Part shown: positions 13,801-26,500 of the stretch, in pieces | How the letters are laid out: every line of letters starts with the position of its first letter | Position numbering within the stretch: the stretch's first letter is position 1 | Source: Antedon mediterranea | Taxonomy: Eukaryota; Animalia; Echinodermata | Direction of reading: 5' to 3' | DNA: 64,000 nucleotides | Assembly (NCBI RefSeq): GCF_964355755.1 | Contig: NC_092674.1 | Location: forward strand, 4,216,001-4,280,000 | Made by a program: the position numbers and the translations under genes | Notes under the pieces: generated by a model | The model's input: only the letters and a program-made list of their open reading frames with translations | The model's database searches: none | What the model was told of the DNA's origin: nothing

Positions 13801-14913
13801 ATAATAATGACCCCTTCCACAGTGCTTATACCATATACATTTTACATGATATTGACCGTGGGTTCTTTACGCCTCTGATGCATTTGTTTTTATTGTACCT
13901 TTTTAATAAATTATTATATGTTTAGGCCAAATCACACCCAATTTAATGAAACGGTCAGATTCTGATTTCAATTGAACGAAAGTAGTACTGTATTATTCAT
14001 TGATAAGCCAAGGGTCCCATGGCGTTAGCCGATATCTTGAGCATTTGACTCATGTCAACCTGTGACACAAATCATTCTTCAAAATCTAAAGAAAGAACCT
14101 CACACGTCTTTTTTGTGAGTGATACACTATGGATATGCACACGGAAATAATATGTGGACATTGCAAACAATCATAGGCCTACAGTAATAAACATAACATG
14201 GCTAATAAGCATAGCATTCAGACTGGTTTGTTTTCTAGTGGATTTTTATTTACTTTAGCATGTAGAATAAAACTAGTAACAGTGGCTATATTAATAATTA
14301 TACTGATTATCCTTGATGTTATCGCGTCTAATAATAAAATATTTTGTTGTTGATAAGCCCAATTTTGCAGTCTTAATAATGACCCTTCCACAGTGCATTT
14401 TACATGATATTGACCGAGGGTTTTTACGCCTCTATAGCCACTGATCAATACCATAATTAATGTACTTTTTTTTAATGAAAATTGAAATGTGTTTCAACAT
14501 ACCCAATTCAAAAAACGGTCCGTTTTCGAGTTCAATCTTTTGATTAGAGAGGTTGGAGTTTCATTTTGAACGAAAGTATTTATTTGATTGATAAGCCAAA
14601 TTTCTAGTCCTAATGATTTGAGATTCAACGGGTTTTGCTTTCAATTGTATAATAATATAATTATATATTATATATAAATATAATATTAAGTATAATTATG
14701 AATTCACCAACACTTTCAGGCCCAATAACAATGATCCCGGGCCCGAGTTTTTGTAGACCGGACTTCCATGCACAGCCACATGTTAAGAAATATGAATCTC
14801 TTTATGAATTTAATATGGTTCGAAATGATATTACACAACAACGATTAGACAGCAACTGTCCAAGAGTCCAACTAATAAAATCGGAATGATCAATTAATTA
14901 AACATTTACAGCA

Positions 14914-15321
14914 TAAGGCCCATACACTAGGCATGGAGGTATAAAAATATTTTTATACCTCCATGCACTAGGACGATAACGATCGACGATAAATAGACAA
15001 ATATGCATTTTTAATACATAAACCAAAAGAAATATAAACAATTCCTTTGATGAAAATTATATTTTCACACGTCCAATTAAATGACGTCATGATTAGTAAG
15101 ACCATTAATATCGTGACAATACAGCGATTTTATTGTTTTTATTTATCATGACGTCATTTGATTGGAATTTGAAAAACATTATTTTTATCAAAGACAGCAT
15201 AAATGATTATCCTATATAGGTCTAGAACGAAAACCTTTCTAATTTCTTTTGGTTTATGTAAAAAAAATGCATGCTATATATTTATCGTCCGTCGTTATCG
15301 TCATAGTGTAATTGGGCCTTT
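14914..15321. mobile_element. Foldback/MITE element with long imperfect inverted repeats (aggccca.tacacta.gacgataacga...tcgttatcgtcatagtgtaattgggcct)
   Basis: Left and right arms are reverse complements over more than 100 bp; the left arm is interrupted by a 34-bp palindrome. Confidence 0.75.
14932..14965. mobile_element. P-element-like excision footprint: perfect 17+17-bp palindrome with a 7-bp TSD
   Basis: catggaggtataaaaat|atttttatacctccatg flanked by cactagg at 14925-14931 and 14966-14972. Confidence 0.7.
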
Positions 15322-18300
15322 ATACAAAAAAAAAATAAATTGATTACGAAGTTACATGTCATTTTCACCTATCACCAAAAAACTAACACTAATTAATTGT
15401 TACGAAGCCAAATTATATTATATATTTCATTAAATCTGAACTTTACGGTAAATGAAGAGTAAGTATCAGTTAATATGAATAATATAACTAGTAAGTCTAT
15501 GAACTTGCGTCCAGACACAGAACTGTGACATTACTATCATAAATGTTGAAACCACTTATAAAACCTTTTTTTAAAGAAAATATAATTGTGTTAGGAGAAG
15601 GCTAATAAACAAATAGATAATGTACAAACCTTTTTCTGGATTAATTAATGGAGCAGGCGTTATAATAATCTGCTGCTGCTACCTAGACTGATTGTTCACC
15701 TTCTGACGATAATTGATTAGACCCCCCCCCCCCCCCCACGGCATCTGATAACCAAAAAAAAATTTACCAGGACTGTTTCAATGATTTAATATCTGACGGC
15801 GTATTATTATAAAATTGGCCTAGATTGACAGTCAAAAGAAAGTCATTGTAAATACCTCCCTTTATGTTGACAGAGCCAAAATAAAGTTTTGACCATTATC
15901 GAATGATTATTTGACAGTGACTTATTATAACACCGGCCTGGTTGACAGCAAAAACGAAGTTATTATTTATTGAACAAGATTTTACAGATTTCCGTCTACA
16001 TCTCAATAATACTGTATTATCAGCAAAGGCTTTCATATAGACTCTCTTCTCCCAGACGTTTTTTGGGTCCAGCAGCTACCTATAAATTATAGTCGAGTTT
16101 CCAAATTCACAAAACTGTCAGCCTTAGATACTAAAGCTACCGCTATGAAACAGCTTATTAATGAATGTGTCCTCCTGGGACATAGCTGGCTAGAGCCGCG
16201 GCGCGAAAAGTTGTATACCTCCATGATTCCACCTGCTACATGTAAGATAGTATGGCACGCTGAAGATGTCTTTAGTTTTTGAATGCTTTTGTAACACAAT
16301 CTTTAGATGGAGTCATGGAAAGTTGGAACTCTGGCATATCGACTTGAGCACTCTGGAAATAAATAAAATCAAGAAAATATTGCACAAATATATTATGCAT
16401 AACTATCCGAATGTTTTAAGATATCTTAGTTTAAAACTAAGATATCTTTATTTCCGAATAAATGACAGTTTGGCGCGCCATAGTTTAGGCCTATTGTGAG
16501 GTTGGATCATGCAACTATAAGGCCTACTAACATGCAACCCACGGACATTTTCTCTATTAGAATTGATATTCATTAGAGTTGGTAAGCAGCATGGCAAAAC
16601 ACACAGGCATTTTGGAAAAATAGTGCCTAAGTCAAATCCGAGCGCTAAATAATAGCCTATTAATAATCTGTCAAAATAATCAGTGCAGCACACGACCGCA
16701 GCAAACCTTTGATCCGCGCCTGCATATTGAGAGAGCTTGCTTGGAAAAATAGGTTGACTATAATTGCAAATTGCCTTTGGCTTCAAATTGTATATTTTTC
16801 CATACATTATCACATGAATCAAATATTTAAAGGATTAATATACTTGCCAAGAATAACGATCCAAGAAATATTACAGTTGAAGCCAATAGAATCACGTTGC
16901 CGTCTGTTTTTGGAAGTTCCTGATTGCACAGTGCCATACCACGTGACACACGAGTCACATGACGTGCTTTAATGACGTAGTAATAAAAATAGAAATGTCA
17001 ACATTTTCGTTCATATTATTTACAATGTAATAAAAAAATAGATGTGGAGTTATTCTACTGTAGTAGCCTTTATGATTGTTTTCAGTATGGTATTTTAAAT
17101 GCTGTTGGAAAATTATTTATATGGTTTAATTTGGAAATAATTTGTATCCTGGAGTTTCCTTTGAAGGTGTGTTTATGAGATTTTCACTTTGTGTAAGAAG
17201 CACAGTGAACAGGTAACATGTGATGTGTACATGTACACCAAACGTTTCTTTGATTTCTGTGTTGTTAATTAATTGATTGATTAAGTGTGGAACAACTGCT
17301 TATATGAATTCAATTAATTTACCCTGTTTCATTACTTATCTTACTATTCTGGATCCCACGCGATTTAATAATGAACAAAAAATCCAAACCGTAGCCTAGT
17401 TGCAATTTTATTTACAAGTACATCACAAAATAATAACAGTTTTTCATTATAAAAATATTGGCATAACAATAACATCAATTATTAATGGCAAACGAACGCC
17501 GTCAAGATAATTGTGGTTTGTAAACGCGCGAACATTTTAGTTCGCGAATATAAAAGGACACATGGAGCAATATCCGTATCAATAACACTACATTCACGTT
17601 CAGACGATTACGATGTACTGTACAGTACATGTACATGCTGTCCAAGTCATGTTTTGTTTATAATGATTCTTGTAGGTCTTTGTGCCTACTACATCCTATC
17701 CCCCCCCCCCTTTTTTTTTTGCTGTGCCTGAATAAACATGGGTTTTTGATAATGTAGGCCGGTGTGCATATAGATCCCGTCACCTTTGCTGTGCTTGGAT
17801 AAATATGGGTTTTCGATAATGTAGGCCTATTTATATAATAGTAATAGGTCTAGACCCAGTAACCCATTCCTTTGGGATACACACTAAGGGTAAGGGGACA
17901 CTTTCACGTGAAAATATTTGTATATACTATCTATATAAATTATCAAGAGAACACGTGGGTAGGTCCAAACGGTGCCCAATTGCGATCTACTTTTAGCAAA
18001 GAGTGTGATGGTAGTGGTTCAATGTATCCCCGTTCAATACACCAGTCAAATACATCGTTTAAAAACCAAATTGCCTATTTATCGAATTTTATTGCTCAAA
18101 TCATAGAATTGTGACGTCCCATTTATGTTTACTATAAGAAGAAAATGTCGTGCAATACATTTTACGAGCACTTAGGCAATTGGCACATTTTGCACATTAA
18201 AACCACAGGAGTGAAAGTATGTGTGGATTAATCATTAGATGAGACATTGATGTTATTTTTCAGTCTATGTAAGACTAAATGTTAATCTAATTTGAGATAT

Positions 18301-20521
18301 CAACCGATTTATACCTAAATTACTAATGATGTTTTATCAGTACCTAATAAAAACAACCCAGTTCAATCTAATAAAGATTTTAATTTTAATCTAACCGGTG
18401 AAAAATATGACCTTCTAGTACCTTTGACGTACTGTACTGGATGGATCTAAAATACAGACTAAAGCTATTATGTTTACACATCGAACCAATTTAATGAGTG
18501 ATGTGCCCAAATACGGTAGTGGTATTCCAAAATATGGTAGTGATAGGACATTATCATGTCCATGTATGGGACTCACACATTTTTGTCACATAAAGTTTGG
18601 TGTAGACCGCAAGTTCTAGGATGCATGCAATTAGGTTTTAGCACTGGATCCTTGCAGAGTTGGGGAAGGGGACACTGGCGCACCCAAATGTTTCACTTTG
18701 GTGTTTAACGCGGGAAAGGCAGGTGTGGCAAAAGAGGAGGAAGTGCCATAAACAGCAGACGATCAGACTAACATTATGAGGGCCCATTATGAACATACAG
18801 TTGCAGATATCCTGCCCAAACCAACACATCTATTTCCTTCTTGCACATACCACGTATAGGCCTAACTCCATGCACTTACAACACTATAGGCTAATATAAA
18901 TAACAGGGTTAATTGTTTTACTTATTTGGCTCAAATTGCATAATGAAATAAACACATACAGTACCTGGTCTTAATAGTGTCCTTACGAAATGAAACATTT
19001 TCTGCACTGACGATCTTTTTTTAAATGATGTTTAACTAATTGAGTTCTCTATATCCAGGTATTGCTGTTTATTCGCTTGTATAACTTACATCCGGGACAC
19101 CAAATGATGATTTAATACATTAATGTGACAGTCCACTCCTCCAGCGTATACTTTCGTCTGATTAAGAATTTACTGACTGGAATACATAAAATTCTTTAAT
19201 GTTTATATTATGCTATGCATTCGATATTCAGGAAGTTCGTTGAAAACAGGCCAATTGACGACCGCCTTTAGTGATTTAGTTTCTAGACTTTGGACGATGT
19301 AATGTACTTTATACTTGGTATAACATGTGATTGAATGAATGTTACCGGTGGGATTCCTGGTGCTAATGCGCCATCAAACAGGAAAGAAAAAAAAACCTTG
19401 TAAATGCTTCAACAGAAATTTCATTGATGCATTTAAAAATGCATATGTATATTAAGTTTCATCTTGATTGATGGTTCATAGTCATTTATATTTAAATAAC
19501 CAATATCTTATTGTGTCATGTGACATTTAGATAGCTATTAATTTATTATACATATAACATCAAGAGCATATATACAACTATATAAGCTCTGTCTACACTA
19601 TCAAACTTTATGTGACAAACAAATGTGATGTGCCCATGGATACGATGATGTCATACCACTACCATATTTGAGCATATCACTACCATATTTGGGCACATCA
19701 CATTTGTTTTGGTCCAACTAATTTGCTTTTATACAGTATCTTTATAATAGAAATGCGAGATGATGTTGTCCAAAGTAGAGTGTATTATTTGCTGAGACAA
19801 TTTTTCCTGGCAGGTGGGTTTCCAATCTTGGCGGAAAAAATAAAAGGATTATTAGTCTATCATAACAATTATTTTGTGTAGGCCCTAAAGTTCGAATAAA
19901 TAATCACGCGTACTACGTGATGTTAAATGTCTCTCTGTTTAAATGATACTGTTCAAAGGTCGAAAACAACAGGTATGGTATGAATGAATACATAATGATA
20001 ACATAACACGGAAACCATCATCAATATTTTATGAATATTAATTAATTATTAAAAAGCCTTATGAATTAAAACTTGTCATCAGTCTGGTAGTAATCCAGGA
20101 ATAGGTTTGGGGTAGAAATATTATGATGCTAAAGCTTTTTCAGAATAGAGTCCCAAATGTTGTGTTGAACAACATACTAAAAGTCCTGGTTTTCCGATAC
20201 AACATTTAGGAACTATCCTGAATAATTCAGCTTTAAGCATATTTATTTCTACCTTTTGCATCTAATGGGCCTACTCGACTCCTAGACTTTAACCTTGGCT
20301 TACTACGAACTGACGCACTAGGCTTATACTATCACTTGTCATTTTGCTGTAGTTACAATGCAAATTCATTAATTCGTTTTCTTCATTAAAGCAAACGACG
20401 GATACGCGACGCGTTTTGATGTAAATTAGAGAGGGCGCACTTGATTTGAGGACATTTTGTGTGAGGTAAACATTAATAAATGTTTTTTTTTTCCTCTGAA
20501 AACATGATTTAAGAACTAAAA

Positions 20522-23500
20522 ATGGATCGATTTCAGTGGTCAAATGGTGCATTGGTACAAGGGGAAATTGTTGTGACCCAGCAATCAGGAATAAAGATAT
20601 ATGATGGATCGGAAAAGGTAGGTTCAAGCAAACTAACAATCACACTCACAGTCTAGGCTCGCCTAGTAGTAGAGGCCGCGCCTACCACCTAAAGTTCCTA
20701 GTACAGTAGTAGTAAATAGGCTTTGCTAGCGGTCATGAATCTTCGTCCGGTAGGGCCCGGTAATGGTATCGCCTGGTATAAGGTTTTATGATATAAAATT
20801 AGTCGTAAATTTAACTTGAATATATATATTGCTTTCCAGAAACAAGTTAAAATCGGTTAAAATATTGTTAAACTTTTCGCGTCAACAAAACGGTCACAGT
20901 GCATTTCGGCCGCCAATCATTTCGGCCGCCGGTTATGGGACGACCAAATTCATGAAACTCCAAAAAGGACAAAATATGGCATGATCATTTCGGCCGCCAG
21001 GTATGGCGCGCCAAATTGAAATATCCAGAAATAACTGTACAGTATTACAGTGAAAAAAAAGTAACTTTATCAAGTCTATGGAACGCCACGGAGAACTATG
21101 GTCATTTAAACTAGACATCAGTTGTGCAATGGGCTAAATACATTTTGTTTTTGCCGTAGATTTAAAGTTATATTAGTTACCGTATTTTACCGTCTGAATA
21201 TTTTGGTCAATGTTTATTTTTGCGTTTAATGTTTAATGTGCACGCTATACTGTAAATATCGCTGCTGTTTCTGGAATTGAAGACCGCCGATTCGGCTTAA
21301 AATGGATATGAAAGGATTTTAAAATTTCACAAAAAGGACTTTGTATGAATCCTTTTAATGTTAATAAACAGCACACAAAAAATTAGATTCAAATACCTAG
21401 TAGAAATTGAGAAATAAACAAATTAAATTTTGGTATAAAACGTCCGCAAAATGGCCGACCAACTGGCACGCCATCTTAATTTTTATGAACGTTCTATACG
21501 CACGTACGAGATCGTCAAATTTAGAGTTTGAAACACCCGGGGTTGTAGCCACGGCAGCAGTCGTTTTGTGATTGGTTAATGAATTTTAATACAGTCCAAT
21601 CACCGCCTTGTCTCGTTCGCGGACTGTGTGGTGTAAACAAAATAAACAAACCCATGCTACACGAGACTCGCGTGTTGCAAGCTCCCTGTTGCTGCAGTCG
21701 TAGAAAATATCGATATTTCACAAATCAATAAAAAGTTATGTCTGCAAAGATTGTACGTGAAAAGAAGAAAGTGTGTATTTGTACTTCTCACACTAAACCA
21801 CTCACGCAGACTACAAATTAGGCTAGGTCTAGTAGACTATAGTTTCTTCTAAATTCGCTAGTAGTAGGCTAGGCCTACACATGGAGTTACTCCATGGCCT
21901 ACAGTACAAGAGAGTAGCAGTCGCCGGTCCACCGACGAACCTCCAGGAAGTGGACAAGGCGCGGGCGTAGACGTATGTAAAAGGCGACGTAAATAAAAAA
22001 GGTAAGCTTGTGTTGAACTTGTTTTTGGCTCTGACTTTTGTTATTGACTAATATAGTAATATAATAATACTAATAATTAAAGTAGAGCAGAGGAGGTGAG
22101 GCCGAGAGGATTATTATAGTTTAGTTAGTAACTGTAGTGTAATTAAATAATAACCTCTTTCTGTTTGTTACCAAGTCATAAAATATAATACTATAGGGCC
22201 TAGAGGTAGGATTGAATAAAAATAATAGTACATTTCCATCCATTTATTGGTCTTATCTTTGCAGATTTATGGAATCAACAGTACATGAGATGGCTTTGAA
22301 GAACTGTAAAATAGTACTAGTAATAAAATTGTAAACATCAAATTATATGGCAGAAATAGTGTGTGGAATGAATTTTATTGAACAAATGTATCATAATGAG
22401 TTTGGAACAAGCAGGATTTTTCAAACAGGACATAAATTACTTTTGAGACCTGAGTGATACATTTTAATTCTATCAACACCAGCCAGCTCCATCATATTCA
22501 AGAGATGGATTCTTTCATAAATGTCCATTGTACATAGTATTTGGCTAAATAAATAAAAAAAGAAGTACAGTAGTGGTTTATTTGTTAATATACCCAGACC
22601 CATTTAGATGGTTAAAAACAAACACTATATGATGCACTGCTACTAGTGTACTGTCTGGTAGTACATTACCATAGTTACAGTATGACTGTAACCCTAGCAC
22701 TCGCGTCTAAAGAATTCTATTATGCATATTTTACTATTCTTCATAAATATTTAGTTCTGTAATTTTAATTGTCTGCGCTCATTCTATACTTGGTGTCTTA
22801 GTATACTGCATAAATGTATCGTGCAAGCATGATCCAAGTAGCATCTATTATAAAGTACTCTGGGTATCTTTTTATTCACCTGAAAAAAGGAAAATGAATA
22901 AGCACATGTTTATCTGCCCTCAAAACAAAATAATAATTTAGTATTATGTAGGTTTGATCAACAGTTTAAAATAGCAATGCTCAGTATCTGTTACCTTAAT
23001 ATTATAATTTGACTCTAACATTTGCGCTTCCATTCCAATCAATAAATACATTTGCTTATCCCGTCCATCAATTATCATAATTGCACTCCAATTATAGACC
23101 TGTAGGTAGGTAAAAATACAAATGAATTGTTTATTTACTGTATACTGTACTGTATATTGTACTGTATATGATACAAGCTGAAATACCCCTAACTAGGCTT
23201 GGCCTGTTATAACCTTTATTACTACATTAGAGAAAATCCAACTCTATTCATTTTATTGGGAATCATAATATTTAGTATTCAGTGTTGCCTAGCCTACTAG
23301 CTAGTAGGGCGGCATGTAATAACAAAAAAATATTTTAATAATACGTTAGTCAGGACACTACAGCACACAACAATATTAATAAACGTACTTATAAATAATG
23401 TGTATATACATAATACAGTAACACAATTGTGCTTACCATTAACACCCTCAACGATACATCAAGGAGCATACGCTCTCAGCTCACCTCTGGCCGGGCGACT

Positions 23501-26500
23501 AAACACCGTATATCCAGCAGTCATCACTACTAAAAAGGCCTAGGCCTAGCTAGCCTAGCTCCAGGCCATGGCATTGTCAAACACCATTTACTCGTCCAAC
23601 CGTTTCTTCAAAACGATGTTAACACCCGTGTTAACAAGACGATGTGGACGAATTTCCATCAATTTCAGTTAATTACAACGAAATAATAATAAAATGAATG
23701 TTTCAATAATACGTGTATAATAAATAGCGAAATAAACATCGCTCGCGAGGAGGGTCGAGAGAGAGGCCAAGGTGGTCGACTCTGTGATTCTCACGCATGC
23801 GCAAAATAACTCCGTGTACCCAGCAAGATAGGCATTTGGCTATGAATTTCGTAAAAGATGGCCTTGAAAAACGAAATTAAAATCCGTTTTAAAAAAAACT
23901 TGGTTGATAATATGAATTAATTTTATTCGATTAGGCTAACATACTTATCCAAGAATAAAAACATCAAAGCAATAAGTAATTACTACCATGCTTTTGCATC
24001 AATCAATGATTTCCTGCTAAATTCCTATCTCTGTAATACAAAAATAACTTTTAGTGACGTCACAAAAAGTTTTTCACAGGTTTCTCAGGGGCGTTTTGAG
24101 GGCGTTGTCGTCCTCCAAAACATTAAGTATGACTATGGCAAGCTTAAACCTGATTGATCTACACGTTGAGCCAATAAAATGATATTGTTAGGAACCCTTT
24201 CATATCCATTTTAATACAGTATTTAGTAAAATATCAACATTTTAACACACATGGCGTGTCATACATATTCAAGAATAATTACAATTCTGGCGGCCGAAAT
24301 TAACAATACATATTTTGTCCTTTTTGGCGTTTCATGAATTTGGCAATTTCATAACCGGCGGCCGAAATGACTGGCGGCCGAAATGATCAGACACCAACAA
24401 AACATCACTTATTACAGAGGGCGGTCTTCAATTTCAATTTATTTTGATATTAAAAAATGTATAAAATGTACAATTAAATTAATTAAATAGCACAATAACA
24501 TTAAATGTTATGTTAGCATGTACTTTAGATATTATTTTATATTAATAAATGTTTTAAAAATGTTTTTAGACACAGTTTGAGAAAGGTTTGCTGGTTCTAA
24601 CAAGTCATCATTTGTTATGGAGGGATGCAGTTCGAAAGGTATAGTTTTTTTAATGAACTTTTGATGCATTAATTAAATAACAGGCCTATTATAAAATAGT
24701 AAGAAAAAAACCCATATTTTTTTTACACATCACACAATATTTTTTATGATGATATAAAACAATCTAAATCAAAGTTAAATCATGACTTCCCTCCCTCATT
24801 GTTTGCAGTATATGTATTTACTAATTCTATTTTTGTTTTTTTCCCCCAAACAGTCAAGTGCTATAGCTCTCCCATTAGAAAGTATTTTGTATGCAGAGGA
24901 GGTATCAGAAGGCAGAGGAAAAAGGTACAGTAATATACCACACAAATCTATCTATATATAAATTTACGTAAGGGCAAAATTCGGTAAATCGCGCTTTACT
25001 TCTAGAATTTTTACTCGATTGTATATAAAGTTGGTTCGTACTTTCGGTACTGATTTTAACCACCTGATGTAACCCTGTTTACTAATTAAATTAAGTTAGA
25101 TAATTAGTTATTGACGATTAAAACGAATTTAGGTTCAACGATTTGCCCCAAATAGGGGGTTTTTCGATCGTGGTATACACTGTCTAATGGATGTCCATCT
25201 TGAAAAATACCCGCCACAAAAATGCGAGGAGGCTTCGCATTTTCCTATCTCCTCCTACGATAATTGTTTTTAATAGCTGAAAACCGGTTGAACAGCTAGA
25301 GTACAGCATCATAATGTTGAAGACAGGCCGATTTTCTTTAAAAAATACTATTTTGATAGATTTAATATACGTTTATAGAAATGTATTGATTTGCAATGAA
25401 TGGAACATTCCAAATTATTGCATACCTCCATGGTTTAACACAAGTAGGTAAATTTATAGACCCTTGGAGAATAAACAGAAATAGTATTGTAATGCTATAC
25501 AATACTGCAAATAGGTAACTTTCACGATAAACGTGAAAGTCTCCCGATATTCTATATCTTCTACTGGATTAGCCTTGCACTCTTGAAATATCCAGTTTTA
25601 CTTTAGTATTAAGCTCTGTCTACACTATCAAACTTTATGTGACAAAATGATGATGTCATATCACTACCATATTTGGTATGCTAATATCTAAATAGAGCTT
25701 TCTATGTTTTCATATACAGTATTTTTCAAAATGTTTTATCGCCCTCTATAATTTGGACAGTTTTCATAAACTACCTGTTCTTTATTGCATGTCATAAACA
25801 TCATTTTATTTTACATGCCTGTCATCCCATATTTATTAATACATATAGAGAAAATACTAATCAATATTTATATTTTCGTTTTCTTTAATACTAATCAATG
25901 CTCTTCTTTCATTTTCTTTAGTCAAAAGATAGTTCTTCATTTATTACCAGCCAAACCTGGTAAGCCTGCAGGTCCTACAATGAGCAGTGTACATTCCTAC
26001 ATCAGGCTGAGTTTTAAAGAAGCTGGGGAAACTGAGGTAGTAGGCCAATAATAATAAACTTTAAACGCAGTTAAGCATCACTTATTTTCTTTATTTCTTA
26101 CTCAAGTTTTTCATTTAGTTTTTCAGGTGTTTAAGCGAAGAATTGCCACGAAAACGGTGGGAGAGTCTTGCCCCTTCAGCCGTTAAAGAAAAAGTTAGTT
26201 TATATTGCATCAAATACAGAAATTAAATGCATATACAGTCGACTCTCCCAATTGGCTGTACTATTATAGTAAAAATTCCAGTATATATCAGACTTTAAGT
26301 AGAATAATTTTGAGGAGAATATTGCAATTGTTGAGTTTACTAAAAACAAACACCACTGTTAGTTTGTTTATATTGATGTCCCATTTTATTATCCACAGCC
26401 AAAAGAAATTCGAGCAGGAATTGTTGGAATTGAACGACGAATAGAGGAGAAGCGTAAAGAAACAGACACAACAATTTCAAAGGCTTTTGAAGATTTAAAC

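Noticed and set aside
24946-25560. Possible Helitron-like insertion in VPS36 intron 3 (TCTAT start, subterminal hairpin actttcacg...cgtgaaagt)
   Set aside because: No clear CTRR 3' end or second full copy in the window, so the boundaries cannot be supported.
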